The position numbers and the translations under genes are program-made. From an uncultured Chloroflexia bacterium (GTDB taxonomy: Bacteria > Chloroflexota > Limnocylindria > Limnocylindrales > CSP1-4), in NCBI GenBank assembly GCA_963704145.1, contig CAVPHB010000002.1, positions 67,878 through 131,877 on the forward strand: a stretch of DNA of 64,000 nt, read 5' to 3'. Under the pieces are notes generated by a model that was not told the origin of the DNA, ran no database searches, and saw nothing but the letters and a program-made list of their open reading frames with translations. Positions 58,993 through 64,000 of this stretch are shown piece after piece; within the stretch, counting starts at the first letter, position 1; each line of letters starts with the position of its first letter.

Positions 58993-60533
58993 CTAGCGCG
59001 TGCGCGGGAAGCCGAGATCCACCTTGCTCGTGCCCGGATCGGGCCAGCGCGCGGTGACGACCTTGCCCCGGGTGTAGAACTGCACGCCCTCCGGGCCGTA
59101 CATGTGCAGATCGCCGAAGAGCGAGTCCTTCCAGCCACCGAAGCTGTAGTACGCGACGGGGACGGGGATGGGCACGTTGATGCCGACCATGCCCGCCTGG
59201 GCCTCGAACTGGAACTGGCGCGCGGCCCCACCGTCGCGGGTAAAGATGGCCGTGCCGTTGCCGTACTGGTTGTCGTTGACCAGCTTGACCGCTTCGTCGT
59301 AGGTCGCGACGCGGATGACCTCGAGCACCGGCCCGAAGATCTCGTTGCGGTAGGACTCGTGGTCGGGCTGGACGTTGTCGATCAGCGACACGCCGAGGTA
59401 GAAGCCATCCTCGGCGTAGATCGGCGCCTCGCGCCCGTCAGTGACCACCGACGCCCCGGCGGCTGTCGCCTTGTCGAGATAGGACGCCACTTTGTCACGG
59501 TGCTCGCGGGTGACCAGCGGGCCCATCTCGGCCGCCGGGTCGGAGCCCGGCCCAACGTTGATCTTGGGCAGCCGCTCGCGGATGGCGGCCACCAGCGGGT
59601 CGCCCACGTCGCCCACGGCGACCACCACGGACACGGCCATGCACCGCTCGCCCGCCGAGCCGTAGCCGGCCGACACCGCCGCGTCGGCGGCCATGTCGAT
59701 GTCGGCATCGGGCAGCACGATCATGTGGTTCTTGGCGCCGCCCAGGGCCTGGACGCGCTTGCCGTTGCGCGTCCCGGTTTCATATATGTACTTCGCGATC
59801 GGCGTCGAGCCGACGAACGAGACGGCCTTGATCTCTGGATGGTCGAGGATCCGATCGACGGCCACCTTGTCGCCCTGGATGACGCTGAAGACGCCCTCCG
59901 GCAGGCCCGCCTCGGCCATCAGCTCGGCCAGCAGGATCGACGCCGATGGATCCTTCTCGGATGGCTTGAGGATGAAGGTGTTGCCGCAGGCGATGGCGTT
60001 GGCAAACATCCACATCGGCACCATGGCCGGGAAGTTGAAGGGCGTGATGCCGGCCACCACGCCGAGCGGCTGGCGGATCTGATAGACGTCGATGCCGCCA
60101 CTGACCTGCTCGCTGTAACCGCCCTTGAGCAGGTTCGGGATGCCGCACGCGAACTCGAGGTTCTCCACTCCGCGGGCGACTCGCCCAGCGCATCTGACGG
60201 CACCTTGCCGTGCTCGGCTGTCAGCAGGGCGGCGATCTCCGTGCGCCGCTGGTCGACCAGGTTGCGGATACGAAACATGATCTCGGTCCGGCGCGAGAGC
60301 GAGGTCGCGCGCCAGGCCGGGAAGGCCGCCGTGGCCGCGGCGACGGCCGCGTCCACTTCGTCGACCGAGGCGAAATCGACCCACTTGGCCTGCCGGCCGG
60401 TGGCCGGGTTGTAGACCGGCCCGCGCCGGCCCGACGTGCCTTCAACCAGCCGGCCGCCGATCCAGTGGCTGACTCGGCCAAGCTCGGCACCGTCGGCGGC
60501 GGTCTGGATGGGTCGATCGGCGATCTCGGTCAT
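58993..60533 (-). CDS. mmsA: Methylmalonate-semialdehyde dehydrogenase (CoA-acylating), one frame break near 60185
   Basis: HWIGGRLVEGTSG...VYNPATG, then FNFPAMVPMWMF, ILKPSEKDP, ALGGAKNHM, GSAGERCMA, NEIFGPV and YYSFGGWKDSLFGD. Confidence 0.8.
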
Positions 60534-60635
60534 GGCGCTGGGCTCCTCGGGTGCGACGGACGCCTCCCGACGTCTCTTCAGGCGTTCACGATAGCGCGGG
60601 CGCCCAAGACCGGCTCCCGAGCCAACATGTCCCGA

Positions 60636-62098
60636 TCAGCGCTGGCGCCCGTCGCGCGCTCGGCGCCGGCTGAGCACGGGCAGCGCACCAATGTGGCCGC
60701 CGCCGGGCAGACGCAGGAAGCCGACGCCCGCCGCGAGCACGGCGATCGCACCACCGGCGATCAGCGCGGCCGGGGCACCGCCGAAGGCGGCCAGGCCGCC
60801 GGAGAAGATGCCGCCGAAGGGCGTCGAGCCGGCGAAGACGGTGGTGTAGACGCTCATCACCCGGCCGCGCAGGACGTCGGGCACGGCCAGCTGGATGATC
60901 GTGTTGGTCGTGGCGGCCATCGAGATCGTGCCCCAGCCGGCGAGGAACATCAGCCCAAGGCTGATCGGCACCGAGCGCGAGACGCCCAGTCCCATCATCG
61001 CCACACCGATCGCGGCCGCACCGACGAGCAAGCGCCCCAGCGACGGCCGCTGGCCGAAGGCCATGGACAGCGCGCTCAGCAACGAGCCGACGCCGGCGGC
61101 CGACATCAGGAAGCCGTACGTGTCGGCGTTACCGTGCAGCACGTCGCGCGCCAGGACCGGGATGAGCACCGAGAAGTTGAGCGCGAAGGTGGACACCACG
61201 GCCAGCACGGCGAGGGCCAGGAAGATGCTCGGCTCGTGGCGCGTGTAGCGCAGGCCTTCGACGAGCCGGTCGACCACCGACCGCCAATGGCGCTCGACCA
61301 GCGCCCGCTCGCCGGGCGAGAACAGCTCGGCCGGCCGCATGAGCAGGAGTGAGGCGATGACGGCCAGGTAGCTCGCCGCGTTGACGAAGAAGAGCGGCTC
61401 GAGCCCGATGACAGCGATGCTCACCCCGGCCACCGCCGGGCCGATGATGCGCGTCAGGTTGAAGACGGCGCTGTTGAGCGCGACCGCGTTGGCCACGTCC
61501 TTGCGCCCGACCATCTCGACCACGAACGCCTGGCGGACGGGCATGTCGAACGAGTTGACGACACCGAGCAGCAGCGCCATCAGGAAGACGTGCCAGACCT
61601 CGACCCGGCCGCTGACCACGAGCAGGCCGAGCGCGAGAGCCAGCGCCCCGGCCGCGGCCTGGGTGACCATCAGCGCGCGCTGCTTGTTGACCGCATCGGC
61701 GACGATGCCGCCGAACAAACCGAGGAAGAGGACCGGCGTGAACTGCGCCGCGGCGACGATGCCCAGCGCGAGCGGGTCGTTGGTCAGCTGCAGCACCAGC
61801 CATGCCTGGGCGACCTGCTGCATCCAAGTGCCCGCGAGCGATACCGCCATGCCGCCCCAGAACAGGCGGAAGTTGTAGTGGCCGAAGGCGCTCAGGCCCT
61901 TGGGCAGGCGGGTCGTCGGCGGCGGGGTGGAGAAGCCGGCGTCGGTCGGCGCCGGCAGGGTCGGGTCGAGCGGCTCGCTGTCGGCGTCCCAGCCGTCGGG
62001 GCCGGCCTCCGCGGTCGGGTCGGTCTCCGTGGCCGGGTCGGTCTCCGTGGCCGGGTCGGTCTCCGTGGCCGGGTCGGTCACATCGAGCGGGCCAGAGC

Positions 62099-62102
<4 letters not shown>
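60636..62102 (-). CDS. MFS transporter (EntS/MFS_3-like) with DPATET-repeat N-terminus
   Basis: The ATG at 62102 overlaps the upstream stop (ATGA). About 12 TM helices. FRLFWGGMAVSLAGTWMQ is typical of this MFS subgroup. The upstream part of the track ORF is rejected. Confidence 0.75.
62017..62078 (-). repeat. 18-bp in-frame tandem repeat (gggtcggtctccgtggcc x3, plus a partial copy)
   Basis: Read directly. Encodes (DPATET)x3 at the MFS N-terminus. Confidence 0.9.
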
Positions 62103-63841
<1,739 letters not shown>

Positions 63842-63907
63842 TCAGCCCTGAGCGGGCTGGCGCCAATTCCTATCATTGGGTGGATCTACCCAGCGAAGGG
63901 AGCACCG

Positions 63908-64000
63908 ATGGCCGCCATCATCCAGACCGAGAAGCTGACCAAGTTCTACGGCAGGCACCGCGGCATCATCGACGTCGACCTCGAGATCAACGAAGGCGAG
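63908..64000 (+). CDS. ABC transporter ATP-binding protein, N-terminal fragment (runs off the window end)
   Basis: GAAGGGAG RBS. MAAIIQTEKLTKFYGRHRGIIDVDLEINEGE is a typical NBD N-terminus. Confidence 0.6.
   Translation, partial: MAAIIQTEKLTKFYGRHRGIIDVDLEINEGE

Overview
GC-rich bacterial chromosomal segment (by eye about two-thirds or more G+C; not computed). It holds roughly 60 protein-coding genes. I recognise no rRNA, tRNA, CRISPR array, transposase or integrase. Taxon is uncertain; Chloroflexota- or Actinomycetota-like features include an F420/LLM oxidoreductase, SpoIID-like proteins and GGAGG ribosome-binding sites. Three things stand out. (1) A ~20 kb sugar-utilisation regulon (20895-40765) has a bacterial microcompartment (BMC) locus at its centre. 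The shell genes are two BMC-H, two tandem-domain BMC-T-like paralogs and one EutN/CcmL pentamer (30993-33266). They are chained by overlapping start/stop codons to a non-acylating-type aldehyde dehydrogenase, an Fe-alcohol dehydrogenase, an unknown protein and an AMP-forming acyl-CoA ligase. Around them sit an AgaS-like SIS enzyme, two PfkB kinases, a LacD/YihT-family class I aldolase, a HAD phosphatase, a SorC regulator and a CUT2-type ABC transporter. No PduP/EutE-type dehydrogenase or PduL/Pta is visible, so the enzyme complement looks non-canonical. (2) A c-di-GMP module on the minus strand (42933-47302): a GGDEF-EAL sensor and a small membrane protein are followed by a 620-bp unit present twice in tandem. 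Each unit carries a sigma70-like promoter, a c-di-GMP-I (GEMM-I) riboswitch-like aptamer (AGGGCAAACC...GUGA...GGACGCAAAGCC), two tiny ORFs and a perfect 12-bp hairpin. (3) Many otherwise well-conserved genes have broken reading frames, including the helicase-nuclease, most BMC-locus genes, dihydropyrimidinase, mmsA and mdh. Several very long genes are intact. This probably reflects consensus indel errors, but real decay cannot be excluded. The rest includes an ApbE / ferric-reductase-like / ferredoxin / FNR-like operon, an OmpR-type two-component system whose kinase has a hexapeptide-repeat loop, a zinc-ribbon adenylate cyclase-ATPase-TPR protein, dispersed reductive pyrimidine catabolism genes, an ABC-2 exporter operon, an MFS transporter and malate dehydrogenase. 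All functional calls come from reading the translated ORFs for family motifs; no database search was run.
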